DNA of 64,000 bases from Candidatus Latescibacterota bacterium (GTDB lineage Bacteria > Latescibacterota > UBA2968 > UBA8231): NCBI GenBank assembly GCA_965217585.1, contig OZ244561.1:2752001-2816000 (forward strand), read 5' to 3'. The notes below the pieces were generated by a model. That model did no database searches. It was not told the origin of the DNA and saw only the letters and a list, made by a program, of their open reading frames with translations. Shown here one piece after another: positions 1 through 7,774 of the stretch. How positions within the stretch are numbered: the stretch's first letter is position 1; each line of letters begins with the position of its first letter. The position numbers and the translations under genes were made by a program.

Positions 1-428
1 TGAAGGTACGTCGCGGCAAACTCCGGCCGGGGAAGCAGCTTCCAAGCGCGTAGGCTGGACTCGGTCGCCTCGTTGGAATACCGCCAGTCCCCCCCCAGAA
101 ACGCGAGTGCTTGCGCGTAGAGTCCCCACGGGTTGTCCGGCTCCCGTTCCAAGATCGCGTCGGCTTGCTCCTGGATCTCTCGGTGCCCGTACAACTGTCC
201 GTGTAGCTGACGCGCGTAGAGTGCCCGCAGCTCGGCGTCCTCCGGCGCGCGGCTCGTCCATTCACGACCGAGTACGGCTCCCGCCTCGAACGTCCACAAC
301 CGATTGTGCTGGCGCAGTTTTGCTTTCGCCGCTTCCAGCTCTTGGGGCGAATAGTTTTGCTCGGCTTCGCTCGCGGTACAGACGCAGACGCTCATCAATC
401 CGATGAGACTGCCGATCAAAGACTTCAT
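1..428 (-). CDS. N-terminal part of secreted TPR-repeat protein (runs off window), paralog of 585..3563
   Basis: ATG at 428, MKSLIGSLIGLMSVCVCTASEAEQNYSPQELEAAK...; nearly identical to the 5' end of 585..3563. Confidence 0.85.
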   Translation of the reverse strand, partial: MKSLIGSLIGLMSVCVCTASEAEQNYSPQELEAAKAKLRQHNRLWTFEAGAVLGREWTSRAPEDAELRALYARQLHGQLYGHREIQEQADAILEREPDNPWGLYAQALAFLGGDWRYSNEATESSLRAWKLLPRPEFAATYL

Positions 429-558
429 AGGGCAAATACCTTTAGAAAGGGTTTTGAGACGGCTCTTCCCAGAGAAGATGCGTGCGGCAGGTTGGACAGA
501 CATGGAAGCTCCGGTGGTTTGAGGCCCTGCTGTTTAAACATAAGGAAACGGGATTTTG
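1..558. repeat. Direct duplication of 3133..3690 (5' coding part plus upstream region)
   Basis: Colinear high-identity match, including the upstream AAACATAAGGAAACGGGATTTT at both sites. Confidence 0.9.
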
Positions 559-584
559 CGGCAGACGTTTCATTAATTCAGGGT

Positions 585-3563
585 TTAGAAGCTATCTGAA
601 AACTCAATGCGGAAGATGGCTTGGGTGATTTCGTCGCTGGTCAAATAGAGGCGTCCGGCCTCATCAGTAGTCAATCCGACCGGCTTACCCCACACGTTCC
701 CGGTATTAAAAGAGAAAAAACCGAAGATCGTACCCCTGTTAGCATCCTCGTCGGAGGCGAGCCGGAAGCCGGTGAGAAAGTCGGCGATGCGGGCGTTGGA
801 CCCATCCGGCTCGGCAAAGAGCGCCATGACCTTGTAGCCGGGATCGTTGCCCAAGGCACCCGCGCGGCAGGCGACAAACGCGGCGTGTTTGTACTGAGGG
901 GGAAACTGGTCGTACGTGTAGAAATGCAGCCCCATCAGCGCCAAGTGGGCGGGAACGAGGACGGCTGGAGGCTCCATGTTGGCGACCAACAGCGAATCGG
1001 CGCGAGTCAGTGGAAAGATCGACCTGTGGTAGGCGCGAATGGAGAAATCGGTCCAGACCCGGTCGGCATAAGCCAACGGCCAGCCATAGAAGCCGCCATC
1101 GCGGAGGGGGGTGATCCACTCCGGCGGCAAGTCCCGTCCCTCGCGGTCGTGCCCAGTGTTGGCACCCCACAGCTCGCCGGTGATCGGGTGCAAGGTGAGG
1201 CCGATGGCATTGCGCAGGCCAGAAGCAAAGATCCGCCGACCCGTGCCGTCGGTGTTCATCTGTATGATCGCGGACCGTTCCGAGTCGTCTTCGCGGCAGA
1301 TGTCGCAACTCGCGCCAACGTGGAAGTAGAGCTTGTCGTTGGATTCGTCGAAAACCAGCGTATGCGTTACGTGCTCAGAGGCTAGGCCCATAATGCCGGG
1401 TACTTCAGCGAAGACGGCGCGCTCCTCGTAGAAGCCGTCCGAATCCCGGTCTTCGAGGCGGTAGATGGCATCGTCGTCGGCGACGAAGAGTGCGCCTTGG
1501 TAGAAGGCGATGCTGTGGGGCCAACGCAGGTCAGCGGCGGCCTTGTACACGGTGTCGGCGCGGCCATCGCCGTCTTTGTCGGGCAAGGCCAACACCGTGC
1601 TTTGGCGGCCGGAGGCCGGGCTCCATGTATTGCCCCTCTGCGGCTTCATGTTGGCTACGTGCAGGACGCCTTGGTCGTCCCAAGCCATAAAGCGGGCTTT
1701 ATCTACTTGGTCGGAGAAGAGTTTGACCTTAAAGCCGGGCGGGAGGTTGAGGGTGCGGTCGGGGAGCCCCTCGACAGGGGTTGGTTCGAGGTGGAGGTCA
1801 ACCTTGGGCGTTAAGCGGATCTGACCGGGAGAGTCCTCGCCGCGGAGCGTGGCGAGATACTTGTCGAACCCTTCGCGCGAGCCGTTCCGGCGCTCGTACA
1901 GCGCGACTAAGGCCGCCTGGCAGGGGTTGGGCCCCCAGCTTCGGACCTCGAGGCCGGCGCTGTAGGCGTCCGCCGCCTTGTCGAGCCAAGTGCCGGCTGC
2001 CTCGACGTCATCCCGAGCCTCGGCCTCGCTCGCCATGTGCTCGAACACCTGGCCTAAGTGATAGTGAGCACGGGTGTTTCTCTCCCAGAACTCCAGTGCC
2101 CGCTCGATCTCGTTGCGGCCTTCCTCGATACGACCCGCTTTGTAGAGAGCCCACCCAAGGGCGTCGTGGACGAGGCCCAGGTAGTAGTCCGGTCGCTCCT
2201 CCCACGCTTCCTCTTCGGCCTTATCGAGCGTGGCTTGTATGAGGCCCCGAGCGATTGCTGCCGCCTCCTCGGCGTACGGCGTGTGGTCGGCCATCAAGAT
2301 AAGGGCGCTGCACGTTAGGCGCGGGTTGAGCCACTCCTCGTACTGGACCAAGCCGCGAACCGCCTCGGCGAGTTCCTCGGTCGGAACCGGATTCATGGCG
2401 CTTAGGGCACTGAAGAGCGCTCGGTACGCCCGCTCGCGGAAGCTATCGTCGTAGAGGGGTTTTTCGAGGAACTGATAGGCCGCGTCGCAAATGAGGAGAA
2501 GCTGATCTTGGTACTCCGGCGCGTCCTTGCGACCGATGAGGTCCAACTCGGACTGTAATCGTCGGTATTCCTGTTGGAACTTCTCTTGGTGGATCCGCGA
2601 CGCATGTGGACCCGCGGGAGCCCGCGCCAGCAGCTTCGCCTCGAACGCCGCCGCCTGCTCTTCGTCCTCGAGTACGTTCCTATAAGCCGTGGTGAGCATG
2701 GCGAGGCCGCGTACGGTTTCCGGCACGGCCTGCCGATACGCGGTGATGCTGGCCTCAATGGCGGGGCGTCGCTCGTCGGCGGGAAGCTGGTCCGTGTCGT
2801 TGAGAATCTGCCAATGCAAATAGCGCACATCGGCGGAGCCCGGAGCGAGGCGAACAGCCTCTTCGATCAGCGGGAGGGCCTCCTGCGGCTTGTTGGACCG
2901 GTAGAGCTGTTCCGCAGCCCGAAAGTAGCCGCTGACGTGATCGGGCCAATACTCTCGAAGTGTGGCCAAGGTAGCGAGGCTCGTGTCCGCATAGGCGGAA
3001 TCCTCCAGCATGTACTGTGCTCGGTACTCGAGTTCCGCGCGGGCATGGAGGACCTCGGGATGCTGGAGCGTTGCCGCATCCACTGAGTCCAGAAATGCCA
3101 TCTCCGCTTCCGGGTCTCTGAACCGAAGCGCCTGAAGGTGCGTCGCGGCAAACTCCGGTCGGGGCAGCAGCCTCCAAGCGCGCAGGCTGGACTCGGCCGC
3201 CTCCTCGGAATACTGCCAGTCCGCCCCCAGAAACGCGAGTGCTTGCGCGTAGAGCCCCCACGGGTTGTCCGGCTCCCGTTCCAAGATCGCGTCAGCTTGC
3301 TCTTGGATCTCTCGGCTCCCGTACAACTGCCCGTGTAGCTGACGCGCGTAGAGCGCCCGTAGCTCGGCGTCCTCCGGTGCGCGGCTCGTCCATTCACGAC
3401 CGAGTACGGCTCCCGCCTCGAACGTCCACAACCGATTGTGCGCGCGCAGTTCCGCTTTCGCCGCTTCCAGCTCTTGGGGCGAGTAGTGTTGCTCGGTTTC
3501 GCTCGCGGTGCAGACGCAGACGCTCAACATCAATCCGATGAGACTGCCGATCAAAGACTTCAT
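585..3563 (-). CDS. Secreted TPR-repeat protein fused to a PQQ-dependent sugar/sorbosone dehydrogenase-like beta-propeller
   Basis: Signal peptide; TPR helices (DALGWALYKAG...AHYHLGQV); C-terminal LPPGFKVKLF, FASGLRNAIG, GGFYGWP, GKPVG and LYLTSD motifs. Start chosen by comparison with the paralog. Confidence 0.8.
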   Translation of the reverse strand: MKSLIGSLIGLMLSVCVCTASETEQHYSPQELEAAKAELRAHNRLWTFEAGAVLGREWTSRAPEDAELRALYARQLHGQLYGSREIQEQADAILEREPDNPWGLYAQALAFLGADWQYSEEAAESSLRAWRLLPRPEFAATHLQALRFRDPEAEMAFLDSVDAATLQHPEVLHARAELEYRAQYMLEDSAYADTSLATLATLREYWPDHVSGYFRAAEQLYRSNKPQEALPLIEEAVRLAPGSADVRYLHWQILNDTDQLPADERRPAIEASITAYRQAVPETVRGLAMLTTAYRNVLEDEEQAAAFEAKLLARAPAGPHASRIHQEKFQQEYRRLQSELDLIGRKDAPEYQDQLLLICDAAYQFLEKPLYDDSFRERAYRALFSALSAMNPVPTEELAEAVRGLVQYEEWLNPRLTCSALILMADHTPYAEEAAAIARGLIQATLDKAEEEAWEERPDYYLGLVHDALGWALYKAGRIEEGRNEIERALEFWERNTRAHYHLGQVFEHMASEAEARDDVEAAGTWLDKAADAYSAGLEVRSWGPNPCQAALVALYERRNGSREGFDKYLATLRGEDSPGQIRLTPKVDLHLEPTPVEGLPDRTLNLPPGFKVKLFSDQVDKARFMAWDDQGVLHVANMKPQRGNTWSPASGRQSTVLALPDKDGDGRADTVYKAAADLRWPHSIAFYQGALFVADDDAIYRLEDRDSDGFYEERAVFAEVPGIMGLASEHVTHTLVFDESNDKLYFHVGASCDICREDDSERSAIIQMNTDGTGRRIFASGLRNAIGLTLHPITGELWGANTGHDREGRDLPPEWITPLRDGGFYGWPLAYADRVWTDFSIRAYHRSIFPLTRADSLLVANMEPPAVLVPAHLALMGLHFYTYDQFPPQYKHAAFVACRAGALGNDPGYKVMALFAEPDGSNARIADFLTGFRLASDEDANRGTIFGFFSFNTGNVWGKPVGLTTDEAGRLYLTSDEITQAIFRIEFSDSF

Positions 3564-3711
3564 AAGGCAAATACCTTTAGAAAGGGTTTTGAGACGGCTC
3601 TTCTTAGAGACGATGCGTGAGTAGGCTGGACAGACACGGAAACTCCGGTGGTTTGAGGCTCTGCTATTCAAACATAAGGAAACGGGATTTTGACGTTCAA
3701 ACTCGTAAAAA

Positions 3712-3841
3712 GGTTGCGGCGAACGGTATTGGATCAATCCGTCCGCCGCTTTTGCTTGACCGGGCCGGAGGCCACCACTCCCCCGGCCCGGGTTGCGGCG
3801 GACGGGATTAGGTCAATTCGTCCGGTCCGTCGCTTTTGCTT
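3712..3841. repeat. Two imperfect ~46-51 bp direct repeats, each a hairpin, flanking a GC hairpin
   Basis: GGTTGCGGCG..ACGG..ATT.G.TCAAT.CGTCCG..GCTTTTGCTT at 3712-3757 and 3791-3841; CCGGGCCGG/CCGGCCCGG between them. Confidence 0.7.
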
Positions 3842-3932
3842 TTGCCGTTCGTTGCTGGTTATCAGGGCCCGCGAATGGCGGGGGACCTACGATAGTATAT
3901 CCGTTTGAAATTTGCCGGAAGTCGCCGCTAGG

Positions 3933-4403
3933 TCAGCGCATCGCCCTTGCTTTAAGCGATCCCCAAGTGACGGCCTTGACCGCGGTCTCAGGATCGCCAG
4001 CTATTACTAGGGTATTCCGACTCGCGTATTTCCCCATTACGCCGTCAACTTCGACCTCCGCCACCAACCGGAACTCGCCGGGCATGTCCGGGGTCATGCC
4101 GCAAAATGAGCTGCCGGTACGCTCTGTTCCCGCCACGTCGCTCCATGCGGAATCCCCTCCTTTGCGCATCTGCCACTTGGTAGCGCGGATAGAATACCTC
4201 GTGTCGTTGATGGTGAAGCCTCCGACCGCGAAGCACCCTGAGCCTGAGACGTAGGTGAAAGCGCCCACCACCAATTTGAATTCTCCATCTTCAAAGTAGA
4301 ACGCGACTCCTGAATTTTCGGTCACTTCGAGCCAGTCAACGGGCGTGTATTCATCCGCGAAAGCGGTGGACGCCAGCGCAAGCAGCAAAACGATAGCCTT
4401 CAT
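3933..4403 (-). CDS. Secreted hypothetical protein with C-terminal TAVxxxTWGxLK motif
   Basis: GGAG RBS, MKAIVLLLALASTAFA signal peptide, ends ETAVKAVTWGSLKARAMR. Confidence 0.8.
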   Translation of the reverse strand: MKAIVLLLALASTAFADEYTPVDWLEVTENSGVAFYFEDGEFKLVVGAFTYVSGSGCFAVGGFTINDTRYSIRATKWQMRKGGDSAWSDVAGTERTGSSFCGMTPDMPGEFRLVAEVEVDGVMGKYASRNTLVIAGDPETAVKAVTWGSLKARAMR

Positions 4404-4588
4404 GATAGTACTCCTTCGGGTTATGAGATGTTGGACGAACCAATCGAGCAATTCCAAGAAAATTGGCGGATGAAATGCTAGAGCTGGTTTCAAAACCGCC
4501 TTAATGTGATAAGCATACCCAAGGGCCTGGGGCCTCCTTTCCTTTATGTGTCGCCCTTGTTGGCGTGAAAGCGTAAGAAAAGGGCCGG

Positions 4589-5383
4589 TTATATGGCCGA
4601 GAATAGGAAAGGGTTCGGCCGTTTGGAGGTGTAGAAGACTTCTACAAAGCGCCACATCGTCCGCTCTGGATCCCAGACCAGCCGACAGAAGAAAGGAGTG
4701 CAGACCGGGCCTTCCGACCCGGCGAACTCGGCCGGCTCTTCGGTGACAAACGCGATGTCGGTGAAAACTCGCTTCTCGCCCGCTCGTAGCGCTGCTTCAA
4801 CCTCTTTTTGCAATTTGAATCTGCTCTTGACAACGTTCCTCGGGTACGACCGATAGCGCTCGTATTGGCCCTGCATCTCGAACACCTTGAACGTGCTGTG
4901 GCGAAAGAAGGCGTTGCCAAAGCAGTATTCCCCTTGGTGGTCAAGTATGGCTCGGTGCATGGCACGGAAGAGGTCTAAGGGCGTGTCGCCTTGGGGGATG
5001 TCCCAGCTTTTTAGGGTCTCTTGCATGTGCTGCAAGGCCGTGGGATTGTTGGCACCCTCGCGGAGGTAAAACTCGGCGACGAGGCTGTCGTTGCCGGAGA
5101 CGGAGAAGGCGACGAGAAAGTCGTAGAGCCAGTCGCGCAGGTCGGTTTCTTGCGCGGGGGTGATGGAAATGTCCGTCGCGACGGGGATGGATTCGATGGC
5201 CTGCCACAACGTGGGACCGGCTTTGACTTGGATCTTCTTCGCGGTATGGACATAGTCAAGCAAGCCTTGGAGCTTGTCGAGGCGGGGCTCAAAGCCGCCA
5301 TGGGGATACTTGGTCTCGACGGCCGTTGCGCTGGAGACGGTAATCAGCGCGAGAGATAGGATGCGAATGGCTAAGGGTTGCAT
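4589..5383 (-). CDS. Secreted hypothetical protein
   Basis: AAGGAGGG RBS, signal peptide MQPLAIRILSLALITVSSATA, downstream of a sigma54 promoter. Confidence 0.75.
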   Translation of the reverse strand: MQPLAIRILSLALITVSSATAVETKYPHGGFEPRLDKLQGLLDYVHTAKKIQVKAGPTLWQAIESIPVATDISITPAQETDLRDWLYDFLVAFSVSGNDSLVAEFYLREGANNPTALQHMQETLKSWDIPQGDTPLDLFRAMHRAILDHQGEYCFGNAFFRHSTFKVFEMQGQYERYRSYPRNVVKSRFKLQKEVEAALRAGEKRVFTDIAFVTEEPAEFAGSEGPVCTPFFCRLVWDPERTMWRFVEVFYTSKRPNPFLFSAI

Positions 5384-5433
5384 GATGCCCTCCTTTGTAG
5401 AAGAGTGCGGGTTGTTGCTTCGGTAAGCACTAC

Positions 5434-5449
5434 CGCAACTATCGTGCCA
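5434..5449 (-). promoter_or_regulatory. sigma54 (-24/-12) promoter
   Basis: Minus strand TGGCACGATAGTTGCG matches TGGCAC-N5-TTGC, 50 bp upstream of ATG 5383. Confidence 0.8.
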
Positions 5450-5596
5450 ATGGAGGGAGGGAGCGGTCGCCAATCGCGCTGATTACTCTATCTTATTTAT
5501 CTAACTTCCTGTTAAATAATACTTTATTAAAAGTAAGATAATTTTTATCTGTCTCTCAAACTTTGGCAGTATCCGCCGTTTTGATGATCTGACTAC

Positions 5597-5638
5597 TGTA
5601 CGCGAGCGGACAGCAGGTGTACGCAAGCGGACAGCAGG
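5597..5638. repeat. 21-bp tandem repeat x2, candidate upstream activator site
   Basis: TGTACGC(G/A)AGCGGACAGCAGG twice, ~150-190 bp upstream of the sigma54 promoter, across an AT-rich spacer. Confidence 0.7.
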
Positions 5639-5731
5639 GGTTGGTAGTGCATCCGTTTGAATTTCAAATGAATACGCTACTGGCCCTAGGCGATCCTTGA
5701 CAGAGGGTGATGGTATCATTTTGATAGCAGT

Positions 5732-5962
5732 ATGAAATCACTACATATCAGAGACGTGGATCCCAACATTCTGGCTGCCCTGAAACGGCTGGCCAAGAGC
5801 CACCGTCGCTCGCTCCAGGGAGAGCTGCATACAATACTGGAGCGGGCCGCTCGCACTGCTCCGCCTGAACAGCCAGAGGCGATGTCGTGGATCACGGTGG
5901 AGACCGGCCGATCCACACCGACATGGTCTCGAAGCGAGATCTACGATGACGACGGCAGGTGA
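5732..5962 (+). CDS. FitA/Arc-like ribbon-helix-helix antitoxin
   Basis: MKSLHIRDVDPNILAALKRLAKSHRRSLQGEL pattern; overlaps the PIN gene. Confidence 0.85.
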   Translation: MKSLHIRDVDPNILAALKRLAKSHRRSLQGELHTILERAARTAPPEQPEAMSWITVETGRSTPTWSRSEIYDDDGR

Positions 5963-6404
5963 GATCCTGTTCGCCGACACCAACGTGTTCCTGTCGGCCA
6001 CAGACCGTTCGCGCAAGCACCACGCCGAGGCTCGGGAACTATTGCAAGCGGCAGGAGAAGGCAAAGCGGTTCTGGCCGTCAGCGGTCAGATAATCCGCGA
6101 ATACCTCGTGGTCGCCACGCGTCCTGTCGAAGTCAACGGTCTCGGCTTGGCCGCGGAAGACGCGTTGAAGAATATCGATGTCTTTACCCGCCCGCCTTTC
6201 CTATTCTGCGAGGAGTCAGAGAGGGTGGCCCGCCGCCTTCGGGATCTCGTGCAGACGCATCGCCTGACGGGCAAGCGCGTCCACGACGGCAACATCGTGG
6301 CGACCATGCTCGCGGAGGGGATCGATCGTCTGATCACCGAGAATGCGGGAGACTTTGCCTCCTTCAAAGAGATCGAAGCCATCGGGCTGGCATTTATGAG
6401 ATAG
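5946..6404 (+). CDS. vapC: PIN-domain toxin (VapC/FitB-like)
   Basis: FADTNVF, IIREY, HDGNIVA and LITEN..DF PIN motifs. Confidence 0.85.
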   Translation: MTTAGEILFADTNVFLSATDRSRKHHAEARELLQAAGEGKAVLAVSGQIIREYLVVATRPVEVNGLGLAAEDALKNIDVFTRPPFLFCEESERVARRLRDLVQTHRLTGKRVHDGNIVATMLAEGIDRLITENAGDFASFKEIEAIGLAFMR

Positions 6405-6570
6405 CGTTTGGTCGTTTCAGCCCGTACTTGCGCATTCGATACCGCAGCTTTTCTGGGCTTATGCCCAACAAACGAGCCGCTCCCCGCGGGCCATAGATCC
6501 GCCAGTTGGTGGCTTGGAGGGCCGCCAGAATTTGCCGCTTTTCGGCCTCCGGTAGTGTCATCAGGGGCAT
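6394..6570 (-). CDS. Stand-alone Fis-type HTH (58 aa), near-copy of the C-terminus of 9632..12760; mini-gene or remnant
   Basis: EKRQILAALQATNWRIYGPRGAARLLGISPEKLRYRMRKYGLKRP; AAAGGA RBS 7 nt before ATG 6570. Confidence 0.65.
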   Translation of the reverse strand: MPLMTLPEAEKRQILAALQATNWRIYGPRGAARLLGISPEKLRYRMRKYGLKRPNAIS

Positions 6571-6624
6571 AACCAAATCCTTTCGGCGAAGCGTCGTTAA
6601 GACAATTGACCTGTTGGACCCGAC

Positions 6625-7752
6625 TTAGCTACCGGCCCGCAGTAGCGCCTTGATTTGCTCTTCAGTAGGCGGCTGATTGCCGAGCGCCTCTACAGGGACG
6701 ATGCGGTTATCCCGGCCGATCAGGAAATAGCGGGGGATGCTCTCAACGCCGTAGCGCCGGGCGGTCTCGCCCGTGTCGAGGGCAATGGGGAACGGATAGT
6801 CATGACGGCCGACAAAGTCATCTAGGTTGCCGGCCATATCCGCCGAATGCAGGGCAATGACGATAAAGCCTTGGTCCCGATAGCGCTCGTATAGCTCGGA
6901 GACATAGGGCAGTTTTTCTATGCAGGGCGAACACCACGTAGCCCAGAAATCAAGCAGCACTACCTTGCCCTGCAACTGCGCCAGACTGTTCAAAGGGGAA
7001 TCCTCATAACCAGCGACGGGCGCTACCCAGCGCTCAATGTCAATTTCGAAGGGCACGGCACCCTGATCCAGAGCGTGCCGCTGGTGCATGACTTCCTTTT
7101 CTCTAGGGCTGATGTAGCGGACGGAAAAGGTCTGACCGTCGTCGGTGAATTCGGCGCGGTCCCAATGTAGGATCACCTGATCAGCCGTGGGTCTTTCTAA
7201 GGTTTGGCGCTGGGGAACCGTCAGGATGGGGGCGAGGCGGACGACGGTGTGTAGCAGGGCGTCCGAGGAGCCAGATCCAGCCCAAACCCAATGGTCTCGC
7301 TGCCAACGGGTCAGGTGCGTGCGGGGTGGATTCTCGGCAGACCGGTATGTGGATTGGGTTTGGACCGCCGGGTCGCCGACCTCGGTTTCTAGGCCGGGGA
7401 AAGGCTCGCCCACCAGTGCTTGGCGGTGTCCCGACAGGCGGTTCCGGTTAATGTCGTCCCGAATGTGCGATTGGCCGTCTGGGTGGTGGACGACCACGGT
7501 AAAGGGGTTGGTCTTTTCAATCTGTCCAGGTTGATCCGCTCGGCCGAGAATGGTATGCCACAGTTCTTGGCCTTCGGCATCCACGCGCCAAGCGTGCAGC
7601 CATCCCTGGCGCAGTTGCGCCTGCACGGAACCGCCGATTGAGGCCGGTAGGTCAACCGAATCGCGCCAAGCAGGGGTCTCGGCGGCCTCTGTGGCGGCGA
7701 CGACGATTAGGCCGGCTACGAGGCCGGTGCAGAGGATCTTAGCACAAGTCAT
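6625..7752 (-). CDS. Secreted TlpA/redoxin-family thiol-disulfide oxidoreductase with unknown N-terminal domain
   Basis: GKVVLLDFWATWCSPC, YGVESIP; signal peptide. Confidence 0.85.
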   Translation of the reverse strand: MTCAKILCTGLVAGLIVVAATEAAETPAWRDSVDLPASIGGSVQAQLRQGWLHAWRVDAEGQELWHTILGRADQPGQIEKTNPFTVVVHHPDGQSHIRDDINRNRLSGHRQALVGEPFPGLETEVGDPAVQTQSTYRSAENPPRTHLTRWQRDHWVWAGSGSSDALLHTVVRLAPILTVPQRQTLERPTADQVILHWDRAEFTDDGQTFSVRYISPREKEVMHQRHALDQGAVPFEIDIERWVAPVAGYEDSPLNSLAQLQGKVVLLDFWATWCSPCIEKLPYVSELYERYRDQGFIVIALHSADMAGNLDDFVGRHDYPFPIALDTGETARRYGVESIPRYFLIGRDNRIVPVEALGNQPPTEEQIKALLRAGS

Positions 7753-7774
7753 GACGAAAACTTTTCGCTATGGG

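Noticed and set aside
3564-3737. Long N-terminal extensions in the ORF track (also at 4655, 5473, 9283, 31987, 35592, 42792, 47445)
   Set aside because: Downstream starts with an RBS, signal peptide or paralog support fit better
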